Assembly: GCA_944325675.1 (NCBI GenBank)
Contig: CALVAZ010000022.1
Location: 1 to 61,729 of the forward strand
Reading direction: 5' to 3'
DNA: 61,729 nt
From: Candidatus Gastranaerophilales bacterium
GTDB taxonomy: Bacteria > Cyanobacteriota > Vampirovibrionia > Gastranaerophilales > Gastranaerophilaceae
A program made the position numbers and the translations under genes. This document shows, piece after piece, positions 26,086 through 36,015 of the stretch. The notes below the pieces were generated by a model. That model was given only the letters and a program-made list of their open reading frames with translations. It had not been told where the DNA came from and made no database searches. The stretch's first letter is position 1; every line of letters begins with the position of its first letter.

Positions 26086-27975
26086 ATGAATGATAAATAT
26101 ATTCCTCTATACCGTAAATATCGTCCGCAAAAGCTTGATGAGCTTGTAGGGCAAGAGCATATTAAAAATGCGCTTTCAAATGCTATTAAGTTGAATAAAA
26201 TTTCGCATGCATATTTGTTTACAGGTCCGAGAGGAACCGGCAAAACTTCCACTGCACGTATTTTTGCAAAGTCTTTAAACTGTAAAAACGGTCCTACAAT
26301 CGACCCTTGCGGTGAATGTGAAAGTTGTATTGATATAGCAAATGCCGTTCCTATGGATGTTATAGAAATTGATGCGGCAAGTAATCGTAAGGTTGAAGAT
26401 ACACAAAATATTCTTGAAAAAATACTTTACGCCCCGGTTTACGGTAAGTATAAAATATACATTATTGACGAAGTTCATATGCTTTCTAATACAGCCTTCA
26501 ATTCTTTATTGAAAACACTTGAAGAGCCGCCTGCAAATGTTATTTTTATCCTGGCAACTACTGAGGTCCATAAGGTCCTTGATACCATTAAAAGCCGCTG
26601 TCAAAGATTTGATTTCAGAAGAATTACCACATCTGATATCGTTAAACATTTGAGATATATTTCTGATAAAGAGGGTATTAACATAACCGATGATGCGCTA
26701 TTTACGATAGCTAAAAATTCTGCAGGCGGTATGCGTGACAGTATTGCTTTGCTTGATCAGTTAAGCGTATTGGGCGGCGTAAATGCCATAACGACCGATG
26801 ATATTAACAAACTTTTGGGCAGAATTTCTTTTGATGTTTTGAATAAATTAACCTCTTGTATTTTATCTTCAAAACCTCAAGATGCCATTGAGATGCTTGA
26901 AAATATTTACAATTCCGGTAATGAACCTGTCCAAATATTTTCAAATTTGTTGGATTATTTGAAAAATCTTTTGATAGTTAAAAATTGTCGCGAGGAAATA
27001 GTTTTTGAGCTTACACAGTTGAACGAAGCTCAGCTTTCTGAATTAAAAAATCAGGTAAAAGAGGTTGAAACACATCAGTTGGTTGCGCTTTTGGATAAAT
27101 GTGCAAATTATACAAAAGAAATAAAGCTTACAAACAATCCTCGACTTTGGCTTGAAGTCGGAATTATCGATTTGGCAAATTTGGCCGAAAATACCAAGCT
27201 TGATGATTTGCAGAAACGAATTTCTGCTTTGGAAAGCGGTAATATTTCTTCCAACCAACAAGCCGTTGCTGCTTACAAAACTCCGCCGACACCTGTTATG
27301 AAAAAGGAAGTTATTTCTAAATCTCCTGTTGCGGATGACGAAAAACATATTGACGAACAAAAAAATATTCCGGACGATATTGATAACAGAGTTGATGAAA
27401 GTGTCGAACACTCTAAAGAAGCTAAACCTGATGTCAAGGTCGTAGAAGATTTTTCACCTATGCCGAAATCTCAAAGTATTGACAACGGTGAAGATATTTC
27501 TGTTCTATGGGGCAAATTGCTTGATAATATTACAAGTCCTCCGACAAAATCATTATTGAAGCAGTGGGCAAATCCCGTTGAGCTTTCTGCCGAAAAAACT
27601 ATTATCAGTATAAATAGCGAAAATCTTTTAAAACAATTTGTTGAAGGTAACAAACGTAAGGTATTGACAGAGGCGGTTAACAAACTTTTTGGCCAAACTG
27701 ATTCAAATGTTATAGTTAGACTTCCGCAGTCAGGTGATAAACAAGTAAAGGAGAAATCTTCACTCCCAAAGCCTAAAGCGGCTCTATTGCCGCCAGCTCC
27801 GTCCATTGTTGATGAAAAGGTTTTGAGTGACGAGGAGAGTGTCCCAACGGATGAAGAAATACAAGAGGCGAAGGAAGAAGCAGCTTCAGAGGCGGTTGTT
27901 GATAAAATTCCCTCAATGCACTCTGATATGGTAAATATGGTGGTTGACCTTTTTGACGGAAAATTTTTAGATTAA
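26086..27975 (+). CDS. dnaX: DNA polymerase III subunit gamma/tau
   Basis: GPRGTGKTS, zinc module CGECESC, IDEVHMLS, SRCQRF, then a long acidic/Pro-rich tau C-terminal region. Confidence 0.95.
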   Translation: MNDKYIPLYRKYRPQKLDELVGQEHIKNALSNAIKLNKISHAYLFTGPRGTGKTSTARIFAKSLNCKNGPTIDPCGECESCIDIANAVPMDVIEIDAASNRKVEDTQNILEKILYAPVYGKYKIYIIDEVHMLSNTAFNSLLKTLEEPPANVIFILATTEVHKVLDTIKSRCQRFDFRRITTSDIVKHLRYISDKEGINITDDALFTIAKNSAGGMRDSIALLDQLSVLGGVNAITTDDINKLLGRISFDVLNKLTSCILSSKPQDAIEMLENIYNSGNEPVQIFSNLLDYLKNLLIVKNCREEIVFELTQLNEAQLSELKNQVKEVETHQLVALLDKCANYTKEIKLTNNPRLWLEVGIIDLANLAENTKLDDLQKRISALESGNISSNQQAVAAYKTPPTPVMKKEVISKSPVADDEKHIDEQKNIPDDIDNRVDESVEHSKEAKPDVKVVEDFSPMPKSQSIDNGEDISVLWGKLLDNITSPPTKSLLKQWANPVELSAEKTIISINSENLLKQFVEGNKRKVLTEAVNKLFGQTDSNVIVRLPQSGDKQVKEKSSLPKPKAALLPPAPSIVDEKVLSDEESVPTDEEIQEAKEEAASEAVVDKIPSMHSDMVNMVVDLFDGKFLD

Positions 27976-27977
27976 TT

Positions 27978-28709
27978 TTATATTAAGTACCATCCGCCGT
28001 AGCCTACTACACTTGAGGTGTCACCATTTGTCCTTGAGGAATTTGATAGACCTGTGCATATAAAATTGAGCCGGTGTTTTGTGGCATATTCTATTGCTGC
28101 ACAAACCCCGACAGCTCCGTCTGCAAGTTCACTGTCAAAATCATCAATTTGCTTTCGCTCAATCATTCTTGCGGTTTGTCGATCAAGTTTTATTGATTCT
28201 CTTTCGGGGACAAGTCTGCTCAAATTGGTTACGATTATTATAAGGCTTTTGTCAATATTTTTTTCGATAATATTAGCAATATTTTTGTAATCTTCACAGC
28301 CATATATCAAAGGTGTAACTGTGGCTTGCGGGTAAAAGTATTTCAAAAAAGGCAGTTGAACTGTCAGGGCTGTTTCATTGTTAAAAATTTCGTTGTTAAT
28401 TCCGGTATCATAAGATTTTATGCGTATTTCTCCAAGCGGGGTTATAAATACTTCCGCATTTGTGCTTATTGTGCCGTATATTCGATTGTGTATTGCGGGT
28501 GCAATTATTAAGATATTTTCCGTATTTTCAGCAAGTGCAGTGTAGGTTTTAAGTGATATTTCTCCTAAAAATTCCAATCCTGCATGCGGTACGATTATTA
28601 ATCTTGAGTCTGCAGAGTTTGGCGGGTATTCTCTGCTTTCAAAGAAATTTAAGAGCTCGGATTTATTGTCAGGGTAAAATTTGCCTGCGGCTAGCGGTCT
28701 TATTTTCAT
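27978..28709 (-). CDS. MEMO1-family protein (AmmeMemoRadiSam system protein B-like)
   Basis: PLAAGKFYP...IIVPHAGLEFLG N-terminus and AIEYA / GDTSSVVGYGGW C-terminus. Confidence 0.7.
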   Translation of the reverse strand: MKIRPLAAGKFYPDNKSELLNFFESREYPPNSADSRLIIVPHAGLEFLGEISLKTYTALAENTENILIIAPAIHNRIYGTISTNAEVFITPLGEIRIKSYDTGINNEIFNNETALTVQLPFLKYFYPQATVTPLIYGCEDYKNIANIIEKNIDKSLIIIVTNLSRLVPERESIKLDRQTARMIERKQIDDFDSELADGAVGVCAAIEYATKHRLNFICTGLSNSSRTNGDTSSVVGYGGWYLI

Positions 28710-28727
28710 ATGCGCAGTATAAACTTT

Positions 28728-29762
28728 TTATGATTTTTTATCTATTGGATAGTACGTTAATAAAATGTCAGGTTCAAAGACTTCAATTTTGTCTATTTTA
28801 AACTCCCTGCATTCGGATATATCAGTGATATTTCGGTAGTCAAAGCAGGATTTTGCATGGTTATCCCCTGTTATTTTTGGTGCAATAAAATGGTAAATTT
28901 TATCGGTGTACTTAAGTGCTTTTCCGTTAAGTTTCCCTCCGCATTCGATTAAAACACTTCTTATGCCGAGTTCATAAAGTTTTTTGAATACAAATTCAAG
29001 ACTTATCTTACCATCTTGAACGGGTGTTTTTATCAAATTAATGTTACCTTCAAGGTCGTCAACTTTTTCATTGAATACATAGATTTCGCCTTGCCGGTAT
29101 ATTTTTGATTTCAAATCAGTTTTTAGCTCTCTGTCAAGAATAACTTTTTTTCGATGCTCCATTGTCGGATTATCGGCAATAATGGTTGTAGAGCTTGTCA
29201 TTATAGCATCATAACGTTTTCTGATTTTGTGAACCTCGTCACGAGCTTTTTCGGATGTAATCCATTTTGAAGAGCCGTTTGAGGTAGCAATTTTTCCGTC
29301 TAGTGTTGTCGCTGTTTTTAGGGCAACAAAAATTCTGTTTTCTGTCATATTTGTTATGAAAACTTCGTTTAACTTTTTGCATTCATCTTCAAGAACTCCG
29401 GTTGTTACGTCAATGCCGGCTTCTTTTAGTTTTTTAATCCCAGAGACCAGCGGGTTTGGGTCAAGCATACCTATTATTACGTTTTTAATACCTTTTTCTA
29501 TAATCAAATCAGTGCAGGGGGGTGTTTTGCCGTAGTGGGAGCAGGGTTCAAGGTTCACATAGAGCGTATCTCCGTCGCCCTTGTTAATTTTTAAAAGAGC
29601 ATCACGTTCTGCGTGATTTTCACCGTATTTATGGTGATATCCTGTCGCAATTATGTTGTCAAATTCATCGGTAATAACGCATCCGACAAGCGGATTTGGT
29701 GAGGTTAATCCCTCAGCTTGCTTGGCAAGTTCGATACACTTTTCCATATATTTTTGTTGCAT
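28728..29762 (-). CDS. ribD: Bifunctional riboflavin biosynthesis deaminase/reductase
   Basis: Deaminase HAERDAL...LEPCSHYGKTPPC plus a C-terminal reductase domain (LDGKIAT...ECGG). Confidence 0.95.
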   Translation of the reverse strand: MQQKYMEKCIELAKQAEGLTSPNPLVGCVITDEFDNIIATGYHHKYGENHAERDALLKINKGDGDTLYVNLEPCSHYGKTPPCTDLIIEKGIKNVIIGMLDPNPLVSGIKKLKEAGIDVTTGVLEDECKKLNEVFITNMTENRIFVALKTATTLDGKIATSNGSSKWITSEKARDEVHKIRKRYDAIMTSSTTIIADNPTMEHRKKVILDRELKTDLKSKIYRQGEIYVFNEKVDDLEGNINLIKTPVQDGKISLEFVFKKLYELGIRSVLIECGGKLNGKALKYTDKIYHFIAPKITGDNHAKSCFDYRNITDISECREFKIDKIEVFEPDILLTYYPIDKKS

Positions 29763-29820
29763 ATTTGTATTTTACATAAAAATATGCTAGATTTAAAGGG
29801 TAATGTAAAGGAGTATTATT

Positions 29821-30483
29821 ATGGTTGATATTAAGTATATTGGACACAGTGCGTTTCAGATTACTAATGGCGAAAATGCGGTTATAATTGACCCTTATGT
29901 TAGTATTAATAAAAAATATGACTGGAAAAAAGAGCCATTAAAAGATATTTTGTTGACTCACGCGCATGGTGATCACCTTGGCCAAGCTATTGAAATTGCA
30001 AAGGATTTGGATATAGAAATTACTGCGGTTCCTGAACTTGCTGCATATTGCAGAGAACAAGGCGCAAAGGCAAAGTCTGTGTCTTTGGGTGCTTGGCTTC
30101 AATATTCTTGGGGACGTGCAATATTTTTACCTGCATTCCACTCAAGCTCTTTGCCTGACGGTCGTTATGGCGGATGTCCGGCTAGCATATTTTTAGATGT
30201 TGCAGGTGCACGAATATACCATGCCGGTGATACTTGTTTAAACTCTGAAATGAAAGCTATCAAGGAATTATATGCACCTCAAATTGCTATGCTTCCGATA
30301 GGCGGGAATTATACTATGGATGTTGAGCATGCTGCTATTGCCGCTAAGTGGTTAGGTGTTAAGACAGTTATTCCTATGCATTATGGTACTTTCCCTGAAA
30401 TTGAGGCCGATGTCGAGAAGTTTATTAAACTTGTCAATATGAACAATACCTCCGTAGGTGTTTTAAATCCTGAACAGATATAA
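29821..30483 (+). CDS. Metal-dependent hydrolase, metallo-beta-lactamase fold (UPF0173-like)
   Basis: LTHAHGDH motif, later HAGDT and PMHYGTFP. Confidence 0.8.
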   Translation: MVDIKYIGHSAFQITNGENAVIIDPYVSINKKYDWKKEPLKDILLTHAHGDHLGQAIEIAKDLDIEITAVPELAAYCREQGAKAKSVSLGAWLQYSWGRAIFLPAFHSSSLPDGRYGGCPASIFLDVAGARIYHAGDTCLNSEMKAIKELYAPQIAMLPIGGNYTMDVEHAAIAAKWLGVKTVIPMHYGTFPEIEADVEKFIKLVNMNNTSVGVLNPEQI

Positions 30484-30508
30484 TATTGTTCGGTTGAAGT
30501 GAGGCATT

Positions 30509-31483
30509 ATGAAAATTTTATTTGTTATAGACAGAATAGAGCTTAAGTATTTTGAGTTCAATGATTTGGTTACGAATTTTTGGATGATAAAAGAATTTTT
30601 GGTGCGTAAAAACGATGTTTTTATTACGACAATTGATAAATTATCATTGAAAAGTGGCATCCCTTATGCAACAGGGTTTGAATCGTACCTAAAAGACGGC
30701 AATATTTTTTTTGATAAGACAAAAGAATACAAAAAATCAGTAAATGATTTTGAGCTTGTGATGTTTCGACCTGATCCGCCTGTTGATTTGGATTATATTA
30801 ACGCTACTTATGTTCTTGATTTCGTTGATAGAAATAAAACCGTAATCTTAAACGATACAAAAGCAATTCGTGATTTTAACGAAAAGCTGCATGCGGTTTA
30901 TTTTAATGATTTGTTACCTGAAAATATTGTTACAGCATCTAAAAAAGATATAATCGAGTTTTTACATGAACATAAAGAGATTATTCTAAAGCCTCTGAAC
31001 AAATGTTTTGGCTCAGGTGTTATGTATTTGAAAGAGGGAGATAAAAATACGTCTGTAATTATTAATTCCGTTACAAACAACGGTACAAATCTTGTTATGG
31101 TACAAAAATATCTTCCGGCAGCTATAAATGGTGATAAAAGGGTACTCATCATCGGAGATAAGGTTTATGACTATTGTGTCAGAAAACTGCCAAGTAACGA
31201 TGATTTTAAATTTAATGAACACAATGACAGCTGCGTCATTGGTGAATTGTTATCTGATAATGAGAGAGTAAAGTTTGAACCTTTAGCGAGAAAACTTTAT
31301 GATATGGGAATTTTAATGGCCGGCCTTGATGTGGTTGATGAGAAAATTCTTGAGATTAATGTTACAAGTCCGTGTTATTTTATACGTGAAATAAATAAGG
31401 CATTTTCTGTAAATTTTGAAAAAATTGTTATTGATGATCTTTTAAGCATAGTGGAAAGTAGGCTTTATAATAAAGTTATGTAA
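30509..31483 (+). CDS. gshB: Glutathione synthetase-like ATP-grasp enzyme
   Basis: The length, the N-terminal MKILFVID...D pattern and the ATP-grasp blocks (ILKPLN..GSGV, GDKRVLIIGD, EINVTSP) resemble prokaryotic GshB. The substrate is not certain. Confidence 0.55.
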   Translation: MKILFVIDRIELKYFEFNDLVTNFWMIKEFLVRKNDVFITTIDKLSLKSGIPYATGFESYLKDGNIFFDKTKEYKKSVNDFELVMFRPDPPVDLDYINATYVLDFVDRNKTVILNDTKAIRDFNEKLHAVYFNDLLPENIVTASKKDIIEFLHEHKEIILKPLNKCFGSGVMYLKEGDKNTSVIINSVTNNGTNLVMVQKYLPAAINGDKRVLIIGDKVYDYCVRKLPSNDDFKFNEHNDSCVIGELLSDNERVKFEPLARKLYDMGILMAGLDVVDEKILEINVTSPCYFIREINKAFSVNFEKIVIDDLLSIVESRLYNKVM

Positions 31484-31549
31484 AGCTTTTGTTCTTTTGT
31501 GACAAAATTTGAAATTTAGTTTGTTATTATATTCCGTAAGGAGATATTT

Positions 31550-31873
31550 ATGCCAATTGTTCATTCAATCAAATATGCACTAGGGTTATCAAATGTTTAT
31601 ATATCACGTAAATTACCGAGCTATACAAAGAGATATCTTTCAAATATGCCTACACTCGAAAAATATGCAAAAAAACATGATGTAGAGGTTAGGTTTTCTC
31701 CACTATTTAATGGGGTTTGTAGGTACGATTCATTTGCTAAAATGGAGGCTGTTATAAAGAACAATAATATTTCAAATCCCCTTCCTTATACAATATATCA
31801 GACAAACGTGCCTCGTGACAGGGTTGAAATTTTCAATAAACTCGTAAGTTTTGTGAGAGGGGTTTCTGGCTAA
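31550..31873 (+). CDS. Hypothetical protein
   Basis: ORF after a GGAG RBS; no recognisable motif. Its stop overlaps the convergent tsaD stop. Confidence 0.4.
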   Translation: MPIVHSIKYALGLSNVYISRKLPSYTKRYLSNMPTLEKYAKKHDVEVRFSPLFNGVCRYDSFAKMEAVIKNNNISNPLPYTIYQTNVPRDRVEIFNKLVSFVRGVSG

Positions 31874-32910
31874 GCTCTGGAGAATACTTCTACATCTACG
31901 TCATCAAACGTGTTTGTGTTGAAATATGCGCAAGATGCAACCATTGCGGCATTGTCCGTGCAGTATTTCATCGCAGGGGCATTAACCTTGTAGCCCTCAT
32001 TTTCAAGTGAGAAAATTTTCTTTCTGATTTCAGAGTTTGCAGCAACTCCACCGGCTATTACTACCTGATTGTAACCGCTTTCTAGCAAAGCTTTTTTTAC
32101 TTTCTTAAACAAAGTTGATGAAACGCACTCCTGAAAACTTGCGCATATATCATTTATCGGAAGTTCTTTGCCGTTAAATGATTTTACAAGCCTTAAAACG
32201 GCTGTTTTTAATCCGCTGAAGCTAAAATTATAACCGTCAACTTTTGCTTCCGGAAGCTTAAATGCGAAAGGATTACCTTCTCTTGCTAATTTGTCCAATA
32301 CAGGTCCACCAGGGTATGGAAGTCCTATGAGTCTTGCGACTTTGTCATAGGCTTCACCAACTGCATCGTCAAATGTTTCACCTATAATTTTTTGTTCTGA
32401 ATATGATTTAACATCAATTATTTGAGTGTGTCCGCCGCTTACCAAAAGTGCTATATACGGCGGTTTTAAATCTGTATCAATATAATTTCCGCAAAGATGT
32501 GCATTCAAATGGTTTACGCCGATAAACGGTTTGTCATGCACGAGTGCCAAAGTTTTTGCGGCATTTAATCCGACCAACAGGCACCCTACAAGTCCAGGAC
32601 CAACAGTTCCTGCAAATGCTGTTATGTCATTTGGTTTCATATCGGCTTGTTTAAATGCTTCGTCAATTACAACGTTAATTGCCTCCAGGTGCTCACGAGC
32701 TGCAATTTCCGGTATTACACCGCCATATTGTGCGTGTGTTTTGATTTGTGAGGCAACTACATTGGAAATTACTTCACGTCCATTTTTCACGATTGCACAG
32801 GCTGTTTCGTCACAGCTTGATTCAATTGCCATGATGTAGTTATCGTAACCGCTCTCAGGGCCGATAGTTACGGGCTTTTGACTAAATAATGTATTTTTTA
32901 TCATTTTCAT
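31870..32910 (-). CDS. tsaD: tRNA N6-adenosine threonylcarbamoyltransferase
   Basis: IESSCDETA, HLEAH-like REHLEA, SGGHT, GGVAAN. Start uncertain: the track start 32946 is TTG and overlaps obg; ATG candidates are at 32910, 32904 and 32832. Confidence 0.9.
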   Translation of the reverse strand: MKMIKNTLFSQKPVTIGPESGYDNYIMAIESSCDETACAIVKNGREVISNVVASQIKTHAQYGGVIPEIAAREHLEAINVVIDEAFKQADMKPNDITAFAGTVGPGLVGCLLVGLNAAKTLALVHDKPFIGVNHLNAHLCGNYIDTDLKPPYIALLVSGGHTQIIDVKSYSEQKIIGETFDDAVGEAYDKVARLIGLPYPGGPVLDKLAREGNPFAFKLPEAKVDGYNFSFSGLKTAVLRLVKSFNGKELPINDICASFQECVSSTLFKKVKKALLESGYNQVVIAGGVAANSEIRKKIFSLENEGYKVNAPAMKYCTDNAAMVASCAYFNTNTFDDVDVEVFSRA

Positions 32911-32940
32911 AGTATTATTGTAATACAAAGAGGACAATAA

Positions 32941-34224
32941 ATGCAATTTTTAGATAAAACTCGCATAAGAATTATCTCAGGTCGCGGCGGAAACGGTATG
33001 GTTGCGTGGCGCAGAGAAAAATATGTCGATAAGGGCGGGCCTGCCGGCGGTGACGGTGGTTCCGGCGGGGATGTTTACTTAATTGCTGACGAAAATATGT
33101 CGACTTTGATGGATTTTAAGTATAAATCAGTTTTCAAGGCTGATAATGGTGAAAACGGCAGTATCAAGAATATGCATGGCCGTTGCGCAAAAGATTTGGT
33201 TATAAAAGTTCCGGTCGGTACGGTCGTAAGGGATTTAAAAACAGGCAATGCTATTGCAGATTTAACGGAACACGAGCAAAAAGTTCTGGTTGCAAAAGGC
33301 GGCAGAGGCGGACGCGGTAATGCAAGATTTGCTACGGCGCAAAAGCGTGCGCCTCAGTTTTGTGAGCCAGGGGAACCAGGTATTGAAAGAGAATTGGAGT
33401 TGGAGCTTAAATTAATTGCTGATGTCGGTCTTTTGGGTATGCCTAATGCAGGTAAATCTACTTTGATAAGCAGAATTTCTTCTGCAAAACCCAAAATTGC
33501 TGACTATCCGTTTACAACTTTAATTCCAAATTTGGGTGTTGTAAGAAAACGTTCAGGTGACGGGTATGTTGTCGCGGATATTCCGGGATTGATTGAAGGT
33601 GCATCTGAAGGCGTTGGTTTGGGACATGATTTTTTGCGTCATATTGAAAGGTGCAGATTTTTGGTTCACCTTGTTGATGCTACTGCTGAAAATCCTGTTG
33701 ATAATTACAATATTATTAATTCTGAGTTAAAAAAACATTCGGAAAAGCTTGCTAATCTATATCAGATTGTTGCACTCAATAAAATTGATGCAATTGATGA
33801 TGCCAGAAAAAATGAGTTAAAAAATGAGTTTGAAAAGCTTGCTAAGGATGTATTTTTAATTTCTGCAGTTACCGGTGAAGGGGTAGAAAAGTTAGTTGAC
33901 TTTATGTCTTTAAAAGTTGATGAGATTGAACACCATGTGTCGGATATTGTTATTGAAGAAGATTTGGACGCTTATAATAACGACGATAGCTCATATGAAA
34001 TTTACAAGGTTTCAAAAGATACCTATGTCGTTGATGGCGGCAAGATTAAACGGCTTGCGGCGGTCACGGATGCAAGAAATACCGAGCAGGTAATTAGACT
34101 TCAAAATATTCTAATCGGGATGGGAGTTTTTGAAGAACTAAAAAAACAGGGCATAAAAGATGGTGACACTGTTGTTATTAGGCATTTAGAAATGGAATAT
34201 TGGGAAGACCAAATGTATTCTTAG
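32941..34224 (+). CDS. obg: GTPase Obg/CgtA
   Basis: Gly-rich Obg fold (GGNGMVAWRREK, GGDGGSGGDV, GGRGGRGN), G-domain GMPNAGKST / DIPGLIEGA / NKID, and a C-terminal TGS-like extension. Confidence 0.95.
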   Translation: MQFLDKTRIRIISGRGGNGMVAWRREKYVDKGGPAGGDGGSGGDVYLIADENMSTLMDFKYKSVFKADNGENGSIKNMHGRCAKDLVIKVPVGTVVRDLKTGNAIADLTEHEQKVLVAKGGRGGRGNARFATAQKRAPQFCEPGEPGIERELELELKLIADVGLLGMPNAGKSTLISRISSAKPKIADYPFTTLIPNLGVVRKRSGDGYVVADIPGLIEGASEGVGLGHDFLRHIERCRFLVHLVDATAENPVDNYNIINSELKKHSEKLANLYQIVALNKIDAIDDARKNELKNEFEKLAKDVFLISAVTGEGVEKLVDFMSLKVDEIEHHVSDIVIEEDLDAYNNDDSSYEIYKVSKDTYVVDGGKIKRLAAVTDARNTEQVIRLQNILIGMGVFEELKKQGIKDGDTVVIRHLEMEYWEDQMYS

Positions 34225-34288
34225 TTTTTTAATTTGTACTATTGCTTTTTTACTTTAAATTTGCTATTCTAATACACAGGGGTGCAAC

Positions 34289-35602
34289 ATGAAGTGTTAT
34301 AAGTCAAGATGGATATTAACTTCTACCGGTGAGGTTTTGGAAAACAAGGCCTTGGTTGTCGATGAAGGTAAATTTATTGACATTATTCCTAATGAGGAAG
34401 CATCTAAATATCAGGAAAAAGATGTAAAAGATTTAGGAAATGCGGTAGTTGTACCCGGATTTATTGATTTATTTACACAGTATCAATATACTGACGTTGG
34501 AACTTCAAGACCGCATGGTGTCAAGAATAAACTTAAGAAATTTTTCCAAACTATTGCTAAAAATTACACCTTTGCCGGTGTAAAGGCTGATAATTACAGC
34601 AGAAAATGGGCTGACATCTTGAGTGCATATTTTGTCTTGGACAGATCTGAGAAGATAAAATCATTCAAGGAAGGTTTGGAAGCATCTGTTAAAGCCGGTA
34701 CAACTTGTATCGCGCAGGTTTCGAAGGAAGATAAGTATTTCGAAATTATCAATAGAGCTCCGATAAAGAATTATTTGTTCTTTGAAGTTTTTGCTGACAG
34801 TTCAAGTAAGAGCAAGAAAAAGTTCAAGGTACTTAGAGATAAAGTTGAAAATTATGTATTTCACAAAGGTGAGAATACGCATATTGGAATAATGCTTCAT
34901 TCAATTTCGGGCGTGCATAAGAAATTGTGGGAACTTTTTTCTAAATATTGCAGAAAACACAATATGCTCTTGATGACGCGTTTCGCGGAAGCTCAAGATG
35001 AGATGGAATGGCTAGAACATGGCTTTTCTGATATTGATTTGCTTCATAAGTTCATGGGATTTAGAAAAATTACTCCTTATAAAAGAACAGAGAGTCCTGT
35101 TGAGTATCTTGATGATTTGAAGGTTTTGACTAAAAAGGTGATTGTTGCAAATGCTAATTATTTGGACGAAGATGAATTGCAAAAACTGGCTGATACAGGC
35201 GTGAAATTTGTTTATCAACCTATATACAGTGAAGAAATCTGCAATAAAAGGCTGGATTTTTCAACTGTTTTGAAGTTTTTTAACAAAAATTTCGGTTTTT
35301 CATCTCAGAGTTTTAGCAAGGATAAAGAGTACAGTTTATTAAGGATTGCTGTTGAAGCAAATAGGGATGAGCAGTTGGATGTTATTGAGTTGTTGAAATA
35401 TTTGACTATTTATCCTGCAAAAATTTTGAGACTGGAACATATAATTGGTACTATTGAGGTCGGGAAAGACGCTGATTTTAATGTGTTTAAACTTGAAGAT
35501 GGCGAAGATTACCACGCAATTTTGAATAAACACTTCCCATATTCAACATATTCTAAAGGTAGAAAAATTGTAAAACGCGGGGATATTAGATTTACTTTAT
35601 GA
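34289..35602 (+). CDS. Amidohydrolase-fold protein with a degenerate active site
   Basis: The N- and C-terminal composite-domain pattern (VVDEGKFIDI...VVVPGFID ... IEVGKDADFNVF) is typical of metal-dependent amidohydrolases, but the HxH position reads LFTQ. Confidence 0.6.
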   Translation: MKCYKSRWILTSTGEVLENKALVVDEGKFIDIIPNEEASKYQEKDVKDLGNAVVVPGFIDLFTQYQYTDVGTSRPHGVKNKLKKFFQTIAKNYTFAGVKADNYSRKWADILSAYFVLDRSEKIKSFKEGLEASVKAGTTCIAQVSKEDKYFEIINRAPIKNYLFFEVFADSSSKSKKKFKVLRDKVENYVFHKGENTHIGIMLHSISGVHKKLWELFSKYCRKHNMLLMTRFAEAQDEMEWLEHGFSDIDLLHKFMGFRKITPYKRTESPVEYLDDLKVLTKKVIVANANYLDEDELQKLADTGVKFVYQPIYSEEICNKRLDFSTVLKFFNKNFGFSSQSFSKDKEYSLLRIAVEANRDEQLDVIELLKYLTIYPAKILRLEHIIGTIEVGKDADFNVFKLEDGEDYHAILNKHFPYSTYSKGRKIVKRGDIRFTL

Positions 35603-36015
35603 CATTAATTTGTGAAAAATTTACCGTTCATACTAAGGGTAATACTGATATAATTGATATTACGAATGATGTGAAAAATCTTGTTTACAGACATTCACTT
35701 CAAAATGCAGTGGTGTATGTTTATGTTGCAGGAAGCACGGTTTCGATTACAAATATTGAATTTGAACCCGGTTTGCTTGTCGATTTACCTGAAGCATTAG
35801 ATAAAATTGCACCTGTTGCGGGTGTATATCACCATGATGATACTTGGCATGATGGCAACGGTTATGCACATGTCAGAGCATCTATTGTTGGAAATTCTAC
35901 GATGGTCCCATTGCTTCAAGGTGCGTTGCATTTGGGACAGTGGCAGCAAATTGTGTTGGTTGATTTTGATAATAAAGCGAGGACCAGAACTGTTTATGTC
36001 CAAATTTTGTACTAA
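35599..36015 (+). CDS. YjbQ/UPF0047 family protein (secondary thiamine-phosphate synthase-like)
   Basis: ITNDV...YVAGSTVSIT..E.EPGL..D, NGYAHVRAS and GQWQQIVLVDFD motifs. Confidence 0.85.
   Translation: MTLICEKFTVHTKGNTDIIDITNDVKNLVYRHSLQNAVVYVYVAGSTVSITNIEFEPGLLVDLPEALDKIAPVAGVYHHDDTWHDGNGYAHVRASIVGNSTMVPLLQGALHLGQWQQIVLVDFDNKARTRTVYVQILY

Noticed and set aside
27298-27306. A second possible dnaX slippery site, ATG AAA AAG G.
   Set aside because: The heptamer is G-AAA-AAG, not A-AAA-AAG, so P-site re-pairing after a -1 shift would be poor. The A7 run at 27359 is the better candidate.
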